The notes beneath the pieces are model-generated. The model had not been told where the DNA came from and did no database searches. It saw only the letters and a program-made list of their open reading frames with translations. Shown here in pieces: positions 63,162 through 64,000 of a stretch of DNA of 64,000 bases. Within the stretch, counting starts at the first letter, position 1. Every line of letters starts with the position of its first letter. Source of the DNA: Callorhinchus milii (taxonomy: Eukaryota); assembly GCF_018977255.1 (NCBI RefSeq), contig NW_024704742.1, forward strand, positions 56,856,001 to 56,920,000. Direction: 5' to 3'. Both the position numbers and the translations under genes were made by a program.

Positions 63162-64000
63162 GTAAGTAAATTAGTTTCAGATTCAATTACATTTCTAAGT
63201 GTGATTTAGGCATTCTAATAAAAATAATTTGTTTACTGTATTGAATGCTTGAATAATGGTTTGCATGCTGCTTGAGTAGTGGAGCCATATCAAGAGTATA
63301 AACTTTTTTAATTACAGCAGGTTTCTCTTGGGTCGGCATAACGTATGCAGCGTACAATGGGGAAAAAAATTATTTTTACTTACTCTTCTTCAGACGTTGA
63401 GGCGCATTTACTTTGATTTTCGTATGAATGTTTAAAACCTCAAAGTCATTGTTCGGTGTACTAACCATGTCCTGGAGAACAGTCTGACTACATTATGCCA
63501 GACTATATAAGTTAAACGTAAATTGTATTATGAGAAGAAAAAGATTTGGGGCTACAGATTGCAGTGTTGTGTGCATGTACAAAGAGACAGGTGTTCTGAC
63601 TGCTTTGGCTGAGGAGGAATAGCTAGTGATGGGGATGAGGGGAGGAATGAATTCCAGGAGGATCGAAGCCTGGAAGTGGTAAGGGAATAATATGTCTGCT
63701 GGTGAAATTTTCATGTAAGCCTAAGACTTGTCCTACCTGGACAAACTGCAGGAAGCTTTCCAAACAGTGTTTGCAATGACAAGGTTTTAGTTGGTTAAAT
63801 TCCAGCAGCAGCTCAACACACACTGTGCTTTCCAAGCTTTAACTCTCTGCCAATACTTTCCAGAATTAGGTAAGCAGGATGCTTCCCTCTAGGGTGAGAA
63901 TGTGCGTACCATTACAGAAAAATGGGAAATTTCCACACGTGGGTGGCATGTATATGTGAAACTCAATCTGGTTTGAATACGCGTAAGCCTGGTCATGCGT

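Overview
This is AT-rich vertebrate genomic DNA, most likely from a cartilaginous fish (probably a chimaera/holocephalan), inferred from Deu-type tRNA-SINEs, abundant L2 and CR1 LINE debris, and protein divergence. Three spliced genes were reconstructed by hand. (1) PDLIM3/ALP on +: exons 2-9 at 22441-41442, including the alternative ZM-motif exons. Exon 1 was not found and probably lies upstream of the window. (2) CFAP96/C4orf47 on -: complete 7-exon CDS from 57715 to 48164, 903 nt, 300 aa. (3) UFSP2 on +: ATG-only first coding exon at 60193 and exon 2 at 63074-63161. UFSP2 is head-to-head with CFAP96 across a compact CpG-rich promoter with two RFX X-boxes and an 18-bp perfect palindrome. Almost all long ORFs in the supplied track outside these exons are repeat artefacts. 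I see no evidence of a prokaryote-type novel system such as CRISPR or an operon. The most unusual signals are a 348-bp highly structured, TSD-flanked, A-tailed insert of unknown origin (61987-62334), an L2 copy rearranged in a twin-priming-like geometry (5465-6000), a second precisely inverted L2 (44543-45320), a templated inverted insertion with microhomology junctions (2593-3235), a minisatellite with 85-bp higher-order periodicity made of DR3-like half-sites (313-876), a Harbinger transposon fossil in a CFAP96 intron, and no visible CCDC110 at its mammalian syntenic position.
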